Assembly: GCA_051294375.1 (NCBI GenBank)
Contig: CM119263.1
Location: 27,983,179 to 28,047,178 of the forward strand
Direction: 5' to 3'
From: Paraspadella gotoi
Lineage: Eukaryota > Animalia > Chaetognatha
DNA length: 64,000 nt
The translations under genes were made by a program, and so were the position numbers. The notes below the pieces were generated by a model. It made no database searches. It was not told the DNA's origin and saw only the letters and a list, made by a program, of their open reading frames with translations. Below, one piece after another: positions 1 to 13,350 of the stretch (its first letter is position 1; each line of letters opens with the position of its first letter).

Positions 1-3000
1 TGACGAGTAACAGAGTCGGCAAGGCGTGATTTTAAGAGCTGCAATGACGAACGGACTGCGGAAGTAACGATTCATGTTTATCTTGTAGGGTTTCTATCTA
101 TTGTTTTCGATAGATTTTAAGCACGAATTTTTAAAAAAAATTTTACGATCCTCAAATTTGTTCTCTGCCTCGTAAATTTTTTGCTATCGTTTTTTGGGTG
201 GAGAAAAAAAGAAATTAAAATTGAGGATAAGAGGAAGGCGATGGGAAGGTGAAAAAAAAAGAAAAAAGAAAGAAAATAAAAAAATCATAAAGCACACACA
301 CACGAAAAAACTAGAACAAAATAAAGGAAAAAAACGAGAAGCAAAAATGACTGAAANNNNNNNNNNATTAAAAATATTTTATTCTTCTGTAAGAGACTTC
401 AAATACTATTTTAAAGTTTTTTGCTTTGTATAATTATTATGAATTGTCGTGATTCTGAATTCGATCCGTCATCGAATCCGTTGTTCTTTTGTTTATTTTC
501 AGATCTCTAAAAAAAACCCGATTTTTAATCTCCTCCTCTTTCTGCTTGGGTGTTACAGCCGCCAATCATTTCCCCAAGCATTTATCCCAGTTTCGTGCAA
601 GCATTTCGCAAGCGTCTCGCGTTTTTGATTTACGTCCCGACCGCTCATGCGCCCCGTATGCGAGCGTCGACAACCCGGATGTAATATGCATGAGGCGCCG
701 TTTATGACCGGAAACCCAGTGACGCCGGTGACGTCGGTCGGGGTTAACGACGCCGCGGCGTCTTTTTTTTCCGAGGGGAGAAGAAGTTGAGTTTGAAAAA
801 ANNNNNNNNNNNNNNNNNNNNNNNNNNNNNNNNNNNNNNNNNNNNNNNNNNNNNNNNNNNNNNNNNNNNNNNNNNNNNNNNNNNNNNNNNNNNNNNNNNN
901 NNNNNNNNNNNNNNNNNNNNNNNNNNNNNNNNNNNNNNNNNNNNNNNNNNNNNNNNNNNNNNNNNNNNNNNNNNNNNNNNNNNNNNNNNNNNNNNNNNNN
1001 NNNNNNNNNNNNNNNNNNAGAGAAAGTTTATTTTGGTCGTGAAATGCGCCCCGCAATCCTTCACTGCCACAGAGAGGGAAAAGGCAGATAAAAGAAAACA
1101 AGGGGAGAGAGTGGAATGAGGGGGAGAAGGGAAGAAGGGTAAGTTAAGAGTTTGGTAAGGGAGGTAGGGGTAGAGAAGCCCGTAAATCAAAACCACCCGG
1201 AAATGGGATGACGTTAAAAACTTGATTCTAAATATAGATTCCTGACGAGAGAGAAAAATACCGAGACGGAAAGTCAAAGAGAGAGAGAGAGAGAGGAAGA
1301 TTGGTCTTTTGATATTTCCACGAGCAAAATATTTATTTTGGACTCAAATATTTAAAGAAGACTTGCCCAAAATGTCTCTCCATCACACCCCATCTCTTAT
1401 CTTTCCCCATCTTTCCACTCATATTTCAACATCAATTGTTACGAGTTTCGAACGGAAATAAAAACTCATTCATCTTCGAGAAAAAAAGAAAAGAAACGTC
1501 TGCCGAAAAAAAGGCAAAATAGAAAAAAAAAAGGAAAATAAAAAAAGTGAGAATAATCTTTGAACCGATTTTGACGAGTAACAGAGTCGGCAAGGCGTGA
1601 TTTTAAGAGCNNNNNNNNNNNNNNNNNNNNNNNNNNNNNNNNNNNNNNNNNNNNNNNNNNNNNNNNNNNNNNNNNNNNNNNNNNNNNNNNNNNNNNNNNN
1701 NNNNNNNNNNNNNNNNNNNNNNNNNNNNNNNNNNNNNNNNNNNNNNNNNNNNNNNNNNNNNNNNNNNNNNNNNNNNNNNNNNNNNNNNNNNNNNNNNNNN
1801 NNNNNNNNNNNNNNNNNNNNNNNNNNNNNNNNNNNNNNNNNNNNNNNNNNNNNNNNNNNNNNNNNNNNNNNNNNNNNNNNNNNNNNNNNNNNNNNNNNNN
1901 NNNNNNNNNNNNNNNNNNNNNNNNNNNNNNNNNNNNNNNNNNNNNNNNNNNNNNNNNNNNNNNNNNNNNNNNNNNNNNNNNNNNNNNNNNNNNNNNNNNN
2001 NNNNNNNNNNNNNNNNNNNNNNNNNNNNNNNNNNNNNNNNNNNNNNNNNNNNNNNNNNNNNNNNNNNNNNNNNNNNNNNNNNNNNNNNNNNNNNNNNNNN
2101 NNNNNNNNNNNNNNNNNNNNNNNNNNNNNNNNNNNNNNNNNNNNNNNNNNNNNNNNNNNNNNNNNNNNNNNNNNNNNNNNNNNNNNNNNNNNNNNNNNNN
2201 NNNNNNNNNNNNNNNNNNNNNNNNNNNNNNNNNNNNNNNNNNNNNNNNNNNNNNNNNNNNNNNNNNNNNNNNNNNNNNNNNNNNNNNNNNNNNNNNNNNN
2301 NNNNNNNNNNNNNNNNNNNNNNNNNNNNNNNNNNNNNNNNNNNNNNNNNNNNNNNNNNNNNNNNNNNNNNNNNNNNNNNNNNNNNNNNNNNNNNNNNNNN
2401 NNNNNNNNNNNNNNNNNNNNNNNNNNNNNNNNNNNNNNNNNNNNNNNNNNNNNNNNNNNNNNNNNNNNNNNNNNNNNNNNNNNNNNNNNNNNNNNNNNNN
2501 NNNNCCGGATGCCGACTTCCGGTCCCTCGGCGCCGAGAGCGCGCGCCTCTCGTCCCTCGTTCGTCGTAGAATTCGAATGTGGGTCGNNNNNNNNNNNNNN
2601 NNNNNNNNNNNNNNNNNNNNNNNNNNNNNNNNNNNNNNNNNNNNNNNNNNNNNNNNNNNNNNNNNNNNNNNNNNNNNNNNNNNNNNNNNNNNNNNNNNNN
2701 NNNNNNNNNNNNNNNNNNNNNNNNNNNNNNNNNNNNNNNNNNNNNNNNNNNNNNNNNNNNNNNNNNNNNNNNNNNNNNNNNNNNNNNNNNNNNNNNNNNN
2801 NNNNNNNNNNNNNNNNNNNNNGAAACATCTATATCCCTTATCTTCTTTGGAGTGTTTCAGAAAGAGAAAAGAAGTAGCTTTCTTTTAACAATTCGAAATA
2901 CAGTAGTTATTTTTTTTTTGTTCTAAAAAAATAACAGTAACATGATTTATCTCTTTTTTTTACATCTTTCCAAAAAAATTCTCATATTTAACGAGTCGCA

Positions 3001-3988
3001 GAAATATGCAATATTCATAGTAGCAAACTCGTAGTTATTCAAGACTTCATTCAGTAAATCCCATCTGTCTTCCAATTCAGATGATAGTCAGCACACGTGC
3101 AGTTTTATAGGCGAATGGGTGACAGCCATGCGTAAATAATAAATACAAAGTACTAAGTATCGAAAGGGTTGCTTTTAGCAAAACAATATAAAAGTTTTAA
3201 AGATTTTATACAAAGAGAATGAATCGAGTCCGTTTCGTTGTGACGGGCGACCGGGTGTGACAAAAAGGTCGCTGGCTGTGAACGAAAAACNNNNNNNNNN
3301 GCTCATTAAAGAAATACCGTCGTAATGAGGAAAGGGNNNNNNNNNNTGGACTGAGGCAGGAAGAAAAAAAGAAAAGGAGAAAAGAAAAAAAAAGGAAAAA
3401 GCAAAGGAAAAAGAAAAGAGAAAAGGAATGCGAGTTTTTTCGCGGTAAATTTCTCGCTTATTTCTCTCATAAAGGGAAAGGGGGAATGACTGGAAACTTG
3501 GAAAGGTAGGGAAGGAAAGAAAGAGTCGATCATAGAGAAAAAGGAAAGGAGAAAAGAAAGGAAGAAAAAAGGAAAAGGAGANNNNNNNNNNAGAGAGAAA
3601 AGAAGGGAGGAAAGGAACGAAGAGAAAAGGAAAGGAAGCGAGGAAAGAGAGGGAGAGAGAGGAAAGGAAGTAGGAAAGAAAGGAAGCGAAACAAGTAGAA
3701 GGAGAAAAGGAAGGAAAAAAGTGGAAGAAAGGGGAGATAAGGAGGAAGCGAGAAAGAAAGGAAAGGAGTAGATGTGGGGGGGGGGGGTTTAAAGAGACGA
3801 GAGAAAGTAACGCGGCGTTTCGGTCTTTAAAATCGACGAAGAGGAAGTAGTTTGGACGAGCAAAGACCGTAAGTGAAGGCAAGGGTGAAATGGGGGAAGG
3901 AAAAGAGAAAGAGAATGTGATTGTGAAGTAAAGAAAAAAAAAGAGAATTGGAAGATAGAAAAAAAAAAGAAAAGAGGAAAGAAAGAAG

Positions 3989-4043
<55 letters not shown>

Positions 4044-5863
4044 AAAAAATAAAAAAAGGAAAAGAGAAGAAACCAAGAGCCCAAGCCAAACGGGGGAAAG
4101 CCCACAACAAAATTAATGAGTTTCTCTCTCCGGGTTTTAAGATGTCGTCAAAATTTAACGAGACAAAAAAAGTCGCCGACCGTAAAATTGAAATCCTTTT
4201 TCTCTCCGCTTTTTCTTCTCTTTTCTTCTCTTTTTTCCGTCCATCCCCTTTCTTTTTTTTCTTTTAGCCTTTTTAATTTTCTTTCCTTTTTTTTAAATTG
4301 TTTTTTTTTCTTCTCTCCCCCCAAGTTTTCTATTGCTGATTAAAAGGCCATCACTGAAAATGAAATTTCTATTTAAGAAAAGAAAAGTTCTGCAAAATTG
4401 ATTATTTTTTTTAAGGAAATGCCTTTGTTTATGCGGGAGAGAATAAATATATGTTAAAAATAAGTAAAAAAGCAAATAAGAATATCTAATAATTTCTATA
4501 ACTAAAGCTCTTTTTTCAACTCGAAAATTGGCTTTGAAAATAAATATATAAGCCAAACAACACAAACAAGGCCAACGCAACCCCAATCCCCCTGCACGCC
4601 CTCTTGCATTTTCAAACAGGCCAAACGCAACCCCAATCCCTTCCTCCACGCCCTCTTGCATTCTCCCTCATCATTTTTCATCTTTCTTCGTCTTCCATAT
4701 CTTTATTTCTTTTTNNNNNNNNNNNNNNNNNNNNNNNNNNNNNNNNNNNNNNNNNNNNNNNNNNNNNNNNNNNNNNNNNNNNNNNNNNNNNNNNNNNNNN
4801 NNNNNNNNNNNNNNNNNNNNNNNNNNNNNNNNNNNNNNNNNNNNNNNNNNNNNNNNNNNNNNNNNNNNNNNNNNNNNNNNNNNNNNNNNNNNNNNNNNNN
4901 NNNNNNNNNNNNNNNNNNNNNNTTTTCACGGTTTAAGGCTCGACGTTCGTCACGTGACTTTGATCCGGTGAAAAAAAGTGTCTTTGACGTCGTCGTCGTC
5001 GTATTTGACGTCATCTTCGAACAAAAAGTCGCGATGTCATTGAAAATCGTCAACATCGTTTTTTGAAAAAAAAAATTAAAAAGAGGCGAGCTACGAGTTA
5101 GAGGAGGTGAGGTTAAGAAAAAGAGAGGTAGGGTGAGGTAAAGTTACTAAAGTTAGGTAAAGCAAGGCAAGAATAACATTTTCTTTGTTCCGCGCTTCCA
5201 AACAAATTCGTTCTTTGGCGCCGGAAACTCAAAAATGAATAAAAAGTTTCGGCGCCGTGAATTTGTGAAATTTTACAAATTGGTCTTTTTCGTGACTCGT
5301 TTTTGATTGAATTTAATTCAAGTTCGTGAGAATGTGAGAGCGTGATAGGACAGTGATAAACACCTCTCTACTAAAAAACAACTCTCTACTAAAAAACAGC
5401 AGTCCAGCTTTAAAAAGACTCGAGAAGCTGAAAGCTTCGCTGGATTTGCGTCAGTAAATCTCCGCCACGCCCCCCTTCCGCCCCCCTCCTCTCGTGCCTT
5501 TTGTTTTTTATGTCTCCCGCGTTTTCCTCACGTCCGCTGCCAAAGGCGAATCCACAGAGGGCGCTGCTGTCTCGACCGCCAGAGGGCGAAGCTTGTGAGA
5601 CGATTCAATCGCATACTCATTACTCAAGGCCTTGCCCCAGCATGTCATTCTCTAATAAATATGTCCTCTTCTCTACCAACGCCACCTATGTACTGTAACA
5701 CTTCATACTCTCCCTGCTCCACCAAGGCCACCCATCGCTCCCCCAAGTCTCCCTAATGCTCCACAAATGCCCCACCCTCTTCTCCAAAAAGGCTTTCGCA
5801 TTCCTTCCGGGTCCAACAATCAATCTCGCTTCTTATTAATAACAGAATTATCGCTCTTTCGCC

Positions 5864-5901
<38 letters not shown>

Positions 5902-7759
5902 NNNNNNNNNNNNNNNNNNNNNNNNNNNNNNNNNNNNNNNNNNNNNNNNNNNNNNNNNNNNNNNNNNNNNNNNNNNNNNNNNNNNNNNNNNNNNNNNNNN
6001 NNNNNNNNNNNNNNNNNNNNNNNNNNNNNNNNNNNNNNNNNNNNNNNNNNNNNNNNNNNNNNNNNNNNNNNNNNNNNNNNNNNNNNNNNNNNNNNNNNNN
6101 NNNNNNNNNNNNNNNNNNNNNNNNNNNNNNNNNNNNNNNNNNNNNNNNNNNNNNNNNNNNNNNNNNTTGATAAATGTCTCCGGGTTGAAAAAAGGCAGAG
6201 TGGCGAAGATAGAGAAAAGTGAGAAGATTGCGAGAGAGAGTTGAGACAATAGGGTGAGTTGGAGTGATGAGTGTGGCGACGAGATGAGGCAAAGGTGGCG
6301 TCTCCGTCTCTATCTCACTCTCACTCTGTGGCTGCGATGGCCCCTTTTCTCTCTTAATCCTTTTAGTCTTTTCTTCTGCTTCGACGGTTTTTCTATTTCG
6401 TCTCTTGTCGCCCTTTTGTTGTCTGCGGTAATGAGGAACAAAAGAGCAACGCATGCCTACAAATACTACGTATCATAAAAGTTAACCGGATATACGGTTG
6501 TTAAAACAGTATTTCGAATATGTGAAAAAAAATAGGAAAACCGAAAAAGGACAGTTTCTCAGACATGACTTGACAATTGTATCACCCTGATATCTTTGAA
6601 AAATATCGTTTAAACCCAATAGAGTTTTCCTTTTGTTTTGAGAGTTCATTTTAGTTGTTCCCAAATAAGTCGTCGTCGCTGCGGCGCAGAAAATGCAAAT
6701 CAGCTCTTTCATCCATGAACTTCGCAAAAAAATCAAATATTTCACATTTTTCAAAGGTTTTATCGCTTCTTTCTCGTTTTTAAAATTTTTTTATCTCTCT
6801 CTCTCTCTCGTTTTTTAGAGTTTTTAATTCCCCTTCTCTCCCATTTTTTTCTCCAAAATTTTAAAAGATTCTCCCTTTCCACAAATTTGTGACATTTTCT
6901 GTCAGGTTTTTTTTTCTACTCGAGTTTCCGCGATAAAAGAAAAATTTAGAAAAAAAAAGAAAAATTAAATGAATTTAATTTTTCGCTCTTGCTTTCCCCC
7001 CATTTTTCTCCAAAGCGACGTTTTATATTTTTTTAATGTTTTTAATTTTATGTGAGAAATTAAATAGGCGCGGATTTGAGGAGATGGAGATACCCCATTA
7101 TTAGAAAGAGAGGTTTCGTGAAATAAATTTTTAATTATTAACTATACTTTAGTCAGTATAAATTAAAATCTTTTTAAATTTATTTCCTATCATTTTTAAA
7201 ATTCAAAAATTAAAACAACTCATTTCGCATGGATTCATAAAAGTTCATTTAAAATTCAATTTCCATCATAAATCTNNNNNNNNNNNNNNNNNNNNNNNNN
7301 NNNNNNNNNNNNNNNNNNNNNNNNNNNNNNNNNNNNNNNNNNNNNNNNNNNNNNNNNNNNNNNNNNNNNNNNNNNNNNNNNNNNNNNNNNNNNNNNNNNN
7401 NNNNNNNNNNNNNNNNNNNNNNNNNNNNNNNNNNNNNNNNNNNNNNNNNNNNNNNNNNNNNNNNNNNNNNNNNNNNNNNNNNNNNNNNNNNNNNNNNNNN
7501 NNNNNNNNNNNNNNNNNNNNNNNAAAAAAAGGAAACAAGCCGATGGGAGAGATTCAAACAATAAGTAAAAGGAAAGAAAAGAAAAGGGAGATAAAAAGAA
7601 AAAAAAAGAAAGGAAAGGAAAAAAAAGAAAAGGAGAGGACAGGCGATAGACGGGGACGAAAAGAGAGGAAAGGATAATAAATGGACTCCGAGTTCCAAAG
7701 GGTAAGAAAGGGTGAGGGAGAAAAGGAGGAAAGGTAAGGAAGCGTGAAGGCGCCGGGCT

Positions 7760-7798
<39 letters not shown>

Positions 7799-8929
7799 GG
7801 GAACCGGACGGATTCTGCCGGAAAACGGGACGGAGTGGGGGTAGAACCGGAAGAGGAAGGCGGATGTGATGAAACAGGGAGACTCATTAAATATTTAGGA
7901 TTTTCTTTTCTCATGGAAATAGAAGAGAGAGTGCGCGAAACTGGGTCAGAGGAACCTTGTTAGACCCAAAAACTATTTCAATATTTCAGAATGCATATTA
8001 ATCAAAATAAAAAAAGTTAAATGACGTTAGAAAAAGAGCCTAATCTTAAATCCCCCTTAAAAAATAACAAATATCGAAATCTTGTCAACTGATCTAAATC
8101 AAACTCAGATCCAATCCGATCCAGTTCAATCAAATCCTTTGGAGACCGTCAAGCCATCCGCTGCGCAAACAACTCTGGGGATATAGGAAGACCGCCGAAT
8201 CCGAGCTTCTTTCACGCTAATGCCCGAAATCCGCGAGGGGAAGGAGTGCAGGGGGACCGAGGTAGCGGACCGCCGGGCATCCAACGCGGGGATGCCCGTA
8301 ATTCCGCTCGGGAAAGCATTGAGCCGGAGCGAGAGGTCGCCCCCAACCCCGCCTGCCCCTTCCCTCCAGCCCCCTTTGACGCTCAGCAAAAAGATTTTAC
8401 GACGAAGACTAAAGGAGAAAAGGGGAAAACTGGGTAAGGAGAAAAGGGGTCATCTCGGTGCAGTGAGAGGGTAAGTTTTAATTCGATCGAAGAGGAGAGT
8501 GAGGGTCTGAGACCGGCTTGAGTTTTTCTGACCCTTTTTTTAGGTTCGTCGTAAATTCGACGCTGATCCAACGGAGACTAATTTCGACGCTAAATGCGAT
8601 TGATTGACGTTACTAAATGTTGTTGACTGATGGCACTGAATGCAATTGATTGACGTTAATGAATGACTTCCTCCGTGGCGTGGCCACGCTTGACACGCTT
8701 CGGGAGCGCAAAAGACGGGGGGACGCATTATTTGGCTTTAAAATCTTACTTCAGGAAATTAGGTAGATTGTCAAATGTATGTACTCTTCCCTTTAAAACC
8801 AAACAGTATGAAAATTAAGGCGAATGGGACCATGAGATGGTAGAGGTAAGGTTCAATTTATTCCGCTTCCTCTTCCTACTCTCCTCCTCCTCTCATGATT
8901 GATCGATCTTCGATCTCCTGAAGAATTCT

Positions 8930-9470
8930 TCGAGGATCCGGAAGTTCACCGGTACATCGTTAAGTTCCACGTCGTGCAGGTCATAGGTGGTCATATTGAA
9001 GGTGAGGACTGGTCATTTTCGCTTAGAAGTCACGTGGATACATGGATCGTCTGCGAGCTAAGGATGAGGAAAATTCCGTCTAAGATCACTTTGTTGAAGT
9101 ACAATAGGCATGGTCATTTGAAGTCGAGGATGTGTCCATTGGATGATTCACGTGCGATAATGGATCTGGATGACAGCGCGAAAGAAAATTCGCTTAAGTC
9201 ACTCTGTGACTTGCAGTCACTAGGGGATGGTCATTCTTGGAAGTCTGAAGAAATGGCCATGACATGCAGTTCAATATTCTTAAAGCTCACGTGGATATAT
9301 GGATCTTAGCGAGACAGGAGAAGGAGGAAGCTTCGGTTACAGTCACGTTGGAGTCATGACGCATGCGTCATTTTTTAAGTCGAACTGCGTCCATTGAATG
9401 TAGTGCGATACATGGATCTTGAGAAGGAGAGGGAAGTCTTTCAAGGGATTGGGTATGAAGTCACGTGATT
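8930..9470. repeat. Degenerate tandem repeat, ~120-130 bp period, 3-4 copies
   Basis: Recurrent blocks (a)gtcacgtggatacatggatc at ~9028, 9146, 9283 and 9400, and taggnatggtcatttgaag at ~8984, 9105 and 9222. Confidence 0.7.
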
Positions 9471-9663
9471 AATGTGCTGATAGTCCTTTGAGACTTGACA
9501 GAGGGGATAAAGCGTGAACAGAGATATTCCGATCACTCGCGCAACGCACAAACATGTGCAGAGCCCTATTTTCTTCTCCACGTGCAGATCAGCAATCAGT
9601 GCTCAGGAATTATGTTGCGGACACTAAATCAAATTCCGAACTGACATTGAAACTGCAAATCAA

Positions 9664-10240
9664 ATGGACGGTTTGAAATTTTAAAGAGAAAATGGAAAGC
9701 ATTAAGAAAAGAACCTTACTTGAGAAAAGACACCGAAGTTGTTCGATGGGAAATTCAAAAATGAGAATGAAACATTCTTGACACTTTGCCGAAAACGAAG
9801 ATTGTGAGCAGTACAGGAAGCGGTAAAGTGCTGAAATCTTATTAGACTATCTGTGACGAATATAGATTAAGATGCCCTCTCAAACGATAGATTTGCTAAT
9901 GGAGTGTTTGTTCCTGCGTCTTTGTTGTAATTTTATTATTCTGAATAGACTCAATCAAATGTTTGCCTTGAAAATATTTTAGCGGAGCCATTTAAACTTA
10001 AAACTCTACAGATCGTAGGGACAAGAATTTAAACTATCCACTATAATTTCACCGGAAATGCGTCTGGCACAAGTAATGCATTTAACTGAAGCTTCAGAAG
10101 TAAATCTCGTCAACAGAAGAGGATGAGAAAGGAGCATCCCAAGAAGTATTTCGATAAAGATTTAGAACTATTTTTGAGATGAATTCGTCGGCTTTATGAT
10201 TTTGCACCACTATTCACTCATCAAATGTGTAAAAGTTATG
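9664..10240 (+). pseudogene. Possible adenain-like cysteine protease relic of the Polinton
   Basis: Fragments MDG...KALRKEPYLRK, LDTLPK and YFDKDL...QMCKSY resemble the termini of Polinton proteases. The catalytic His and Cys motifs cannot be read cleanly. Confidence 0.3.
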
Positions 10241-10249
10241 TTGAATCAT

Positions 10250-11010
10250 TGTCGTGTCTTAAATTCTTTTGCTTATAATAAAATATTTCAAAAATGAACA
10301 CAACTATACAATGCCTTCAAATTTTCAGACCATTTAACTATGCCGTATTTCTGGCGATCACAAACTCGGGAGGCAAAAAGTGAGTTTGTTGCTACGACTG
10401 ATGAGAGAATGTCACTCTGTTAATTCATATTCCCTACCAATTGATCATAATGTATTTTTTGTTATAAAGAATATCAGCAAAGGTTTCAGAGAAGTTAAAG
10501 GGTTAATTTTCATAAAGGAGTTTCGATGCCAGTCAATTAATAGCTGAAGAAAAAATTAAAACAATCGATTGTGCTTAGCTCAGTACTTGATGATTTGATG
10601 CTTGTTATGATTTCAAAGAATATTACTATTAAAAACTTACGCTAGGTAGCTTAACGTCTCATCCTCGCTATAAGATAAATTCCAATTTTTATATGTCCAT
10701 AATCGTATATATCAGATTTTATAAAATGTCATGAGAACAATTTCTCAGATTGAATCTCCATATAATGTAATTTTGAAAACTGTCCCTCGCGACAAGAGTT
10801 CAGTCATTGTTTAGATCTCAGCAAATGTATCCAGAAAAGTCAATTTTTTGTTGAGCATAATTACTGCAACCTAGAGAAATTAGTTCATATTCTGTTTCAT
10901 TGATTCAAAACCAAATTCAGGCTGAGTAATGATTCGACATGGACGAACTAAAATTTTTCCAGGTGAAGACTATTGATTGATTCATATTCCAAATTAAGTT
11001 CAAAGGAAGG
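10250..11010 (+). pseudogene. Possible minor capsid (penton) relic of the Polinton
   Basis: Fragments PSNFQT near the start, VYISDFI and ILKTVP (cf. LLRTVP) near 10705-10790, and FQIKFK at the end. Length and position also fit. Confidence 0.4.
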
Positions 11011-11041
11011 GAAGTGATTGTATAAAAAGTCGCATCTTACC

Positions 11042-11380
11042 ATGAGTGATTCAAGAATTAAAGTCCTCATTCCAGTTTTGGAATATCTTCGCGATTTAAA
11101 CACCAAAGAACAGAAGGCCTTCTATAAAAGGGAGCTGGAATGAATTATTTGAAGAGGCTGTTAAGTGGAAATATGTTTAATTATTCGAGGGAAATATTAA
11201 AGGTGGACCCCACAAAATTTAATCACAATTGAACAACAAAATATAGGAAACAAAATTTAATTCTTTCTGAAAAACGACATGGTATAAAAACCGAAAAGGA
11301 ATTTTGTCTCAGAAAGGAGGGTTTTTAGCCAGCATTAATGGTACATTATTGCCCACAATTATTGGAGATCTATTCTATCT
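11042..11380 (+). pseudogene. Polinton/adintovirus core gene with QxGGFL motif (adenovirus protein X-like tail, 'GasderminX'-type)
   Basis: MSDSRIKVLIPVLEYLRDLNTKEQKAF ... EICLII/RGNIK ... KYRKQNLILSEKRHGIK ... RKGILSQKGGFLASINGTLLPTIIG follows the family pattern along its whole length, with several indels. Confidence 0.75.
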
Positions 11381-11414
11381 GGATGTTGAAGATGAGTGTG
11401 CTGGACTTTGACGT

Positions 11415-12320
11415 CATGCCGTCAAGGTAATGCATTTAGTTACCCCAGAAGTTCAGTCTTTGCATTAGTTAAAAACAATGAAAGAAAATGATATTTTATT
11501 CTCACCCTTGGAAATACAAATGGATGAAAATTAGAATGAAAAACAGCTTTAATGAGGACTTTTTAAGAAATGGGTAAGAGGGAAAAATTGACCACAGGCA
11601 TAGACCTCTTGGGAAAGAAGTTGCGTCAAAGATTAACACCTATTTGCACTGCCTTCCATAAAGAAGGAAAAAAACAGAAATCAATTTATTTTGATGTAGC
11701 AAATGAAATTTAGTTCCTAGATTTACCGGAACATTATCATACAAATAAGGGAAACCACGGTTAGTTATTGATTAAGTAAAATTTGATGGAACGTAAAGAT
11801 AACAATGATCAAGATATTAGATAAATACAGTGTTCCTATGACAAATAACTGGATTATTGATATTGTAGATGAATATAAGACCTTTCGAAAAAAATATTAG
11901 TTTAAATTTAGATGATTAATATTACGAAATCTTGATAAAAGAAAACTTTCCACTTAGTTTAATAAGGAAATAAAAAAATTCTTATCTATTATGACTACAA
12001 TCAGTCATCTAAAGGAAGATGGAAAGCAAAAACTTAAATAAGTGCGTGAGGAGGGATTTGAATGCAGAATTGACTGAGTTAGAAGAGAGGCCAAGCGGTC
12101 ACAGTACTGTTCTTAATCTCCTAAGTCTCGCATGATTAACTTACAGTAGATACTAAAAAGATTCTAGTAAGGAAGAAAAGAAAGGAGAAGTAAGAAGGGT
12201 TTTACGATCCGAAGAGTTCAGCATGCGCCAACAGACATGCATCAAGAGTCGAGGCAATCCGGAAAGAGGGTCAGAGATCCAAGATCACAGAAAAGCATTT
12301 TGGGTTCAAATTGATGAGTG
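11415..12320 (+). pseudogene. Relic of the conserved uncharacterised Polinton gene that typically precedes the integrase
   Basis: Fragments KVMHLVTPE, SPLEIQMDE...KKW and WN...VPMTNNWIIDIVDE resemble that family's motifs (MxLVP, LDxEMxxIL...KW, WN...IPxSNIxDL). Confidence 0.45.
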
Positions 12321-12324
12321 AGGC

Positions 12325-13350
12325 ATGAATAAAAAAATATATTTTTAATCCTAACCATCCTGGAAGTTTTATGAGCAGAATTATCATAATCAAATAAGAA
12401 AAAACATATTAAAAAGTGCATACAGATCTGGTTTTAAATGGTTACCAAAACCAGAGTTTTAACCAGCTTACACAATCCGAAGAGATAGATTTGAATGAAG
12501 GGAAGGTTGTAAGATTGCGTCTCCAATTAGGAAACAATTACAGGCTGATATAGATTTTTCTTACAAGATTTAGCACTGACTTATAATTCAAACTATTCAT
12601 ATATTATTGACAGTGGTTGGACGTGGTTTAGTGAACAAGAGGGATGGCCTTTCCAATGACAAAAAAAAGTTCTACACAGGAACCTTAGCTCTAAATTGAG
12701 AACAATTATTTACAAGAGGTTTGAAGAGAGTAGAAACATTTGGGGTAGATCGTGAGAGTTGGGAATTGCATTTGCCTGTATTGATATAAAAAAATGCATC
12801 AATATAACATAAATATGTCTCTGTGAATTAAGTCCCACTTGAAAGGGATGTGTTGATAGAGAATTTTAAATCTCGAAATCATTGAAAAATACGTTAATTA
12901 AATTATGACCGCACACATCCATCATTGAGATCGGACCTTGATTTATATTGGTCGATATTAATTAAAACTTATGAACGTGCTGATAATGACCACAAATATT
13001 CATATGTCGCATTATCACAAATGAAGCATCAGTGGAGTCCAAATAAAGACACTTTTTGAAAAAAGAAGATTAAGAGGAGGAGCCGTGAAGGATGAATGAA
13101 GTATAAAAAGCGAAAAAAGGTGGCATTTAAGAGAATGGGTATTATAGTTCGAAGTTGTAAAAATAAGAAGCAAGGTTCCACTTCCGTGGACTATACAGGC
13201 TGGATTTTGCAGACAAAATTTATAAAATTGCTAAACAACTACCAACATCACCATCCAACGTTTTAAAATAATATTTCGCGTCTTGATCCGTCTGTGTATT
13301 ATAGATCTGAACTTTCACCGACATCCATCACCACAAAGATGAAGTAAAAA
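12325..13350 (+). pseudogene. Polinton-type retroviral-like (c-int) integrase relic
   Basis: Motifs occur in the expected order: KIYFNPNHPGSF, KWL...AYT, QADI, LLTVVDVFS, VDR, IENF..R, IKTY, FK.G..VR..K, DKIYKI, DPSVY. Many 1-nt indels. Confidence 0.8.

Noticed and set aside
1-1610. Repeat of bases 1-40 at ~1573-1610
   Set aside because: It ends at an N gap and the window edge, so its extent and reality cannot be assessed. Probably a scaffolding overlap.
194-7914. Long ORFs in the first 8 kb
   Set aside because: They consist of N-gaps and A/G- or T/C-rich low-complexity sequence, with no domain signal.
8899-9309. 136-aa plus-strand ORF
   Set aside because: It runs through a degenerate tandem repeat without the periodicity appearing in the protein, so it is likely incidental.
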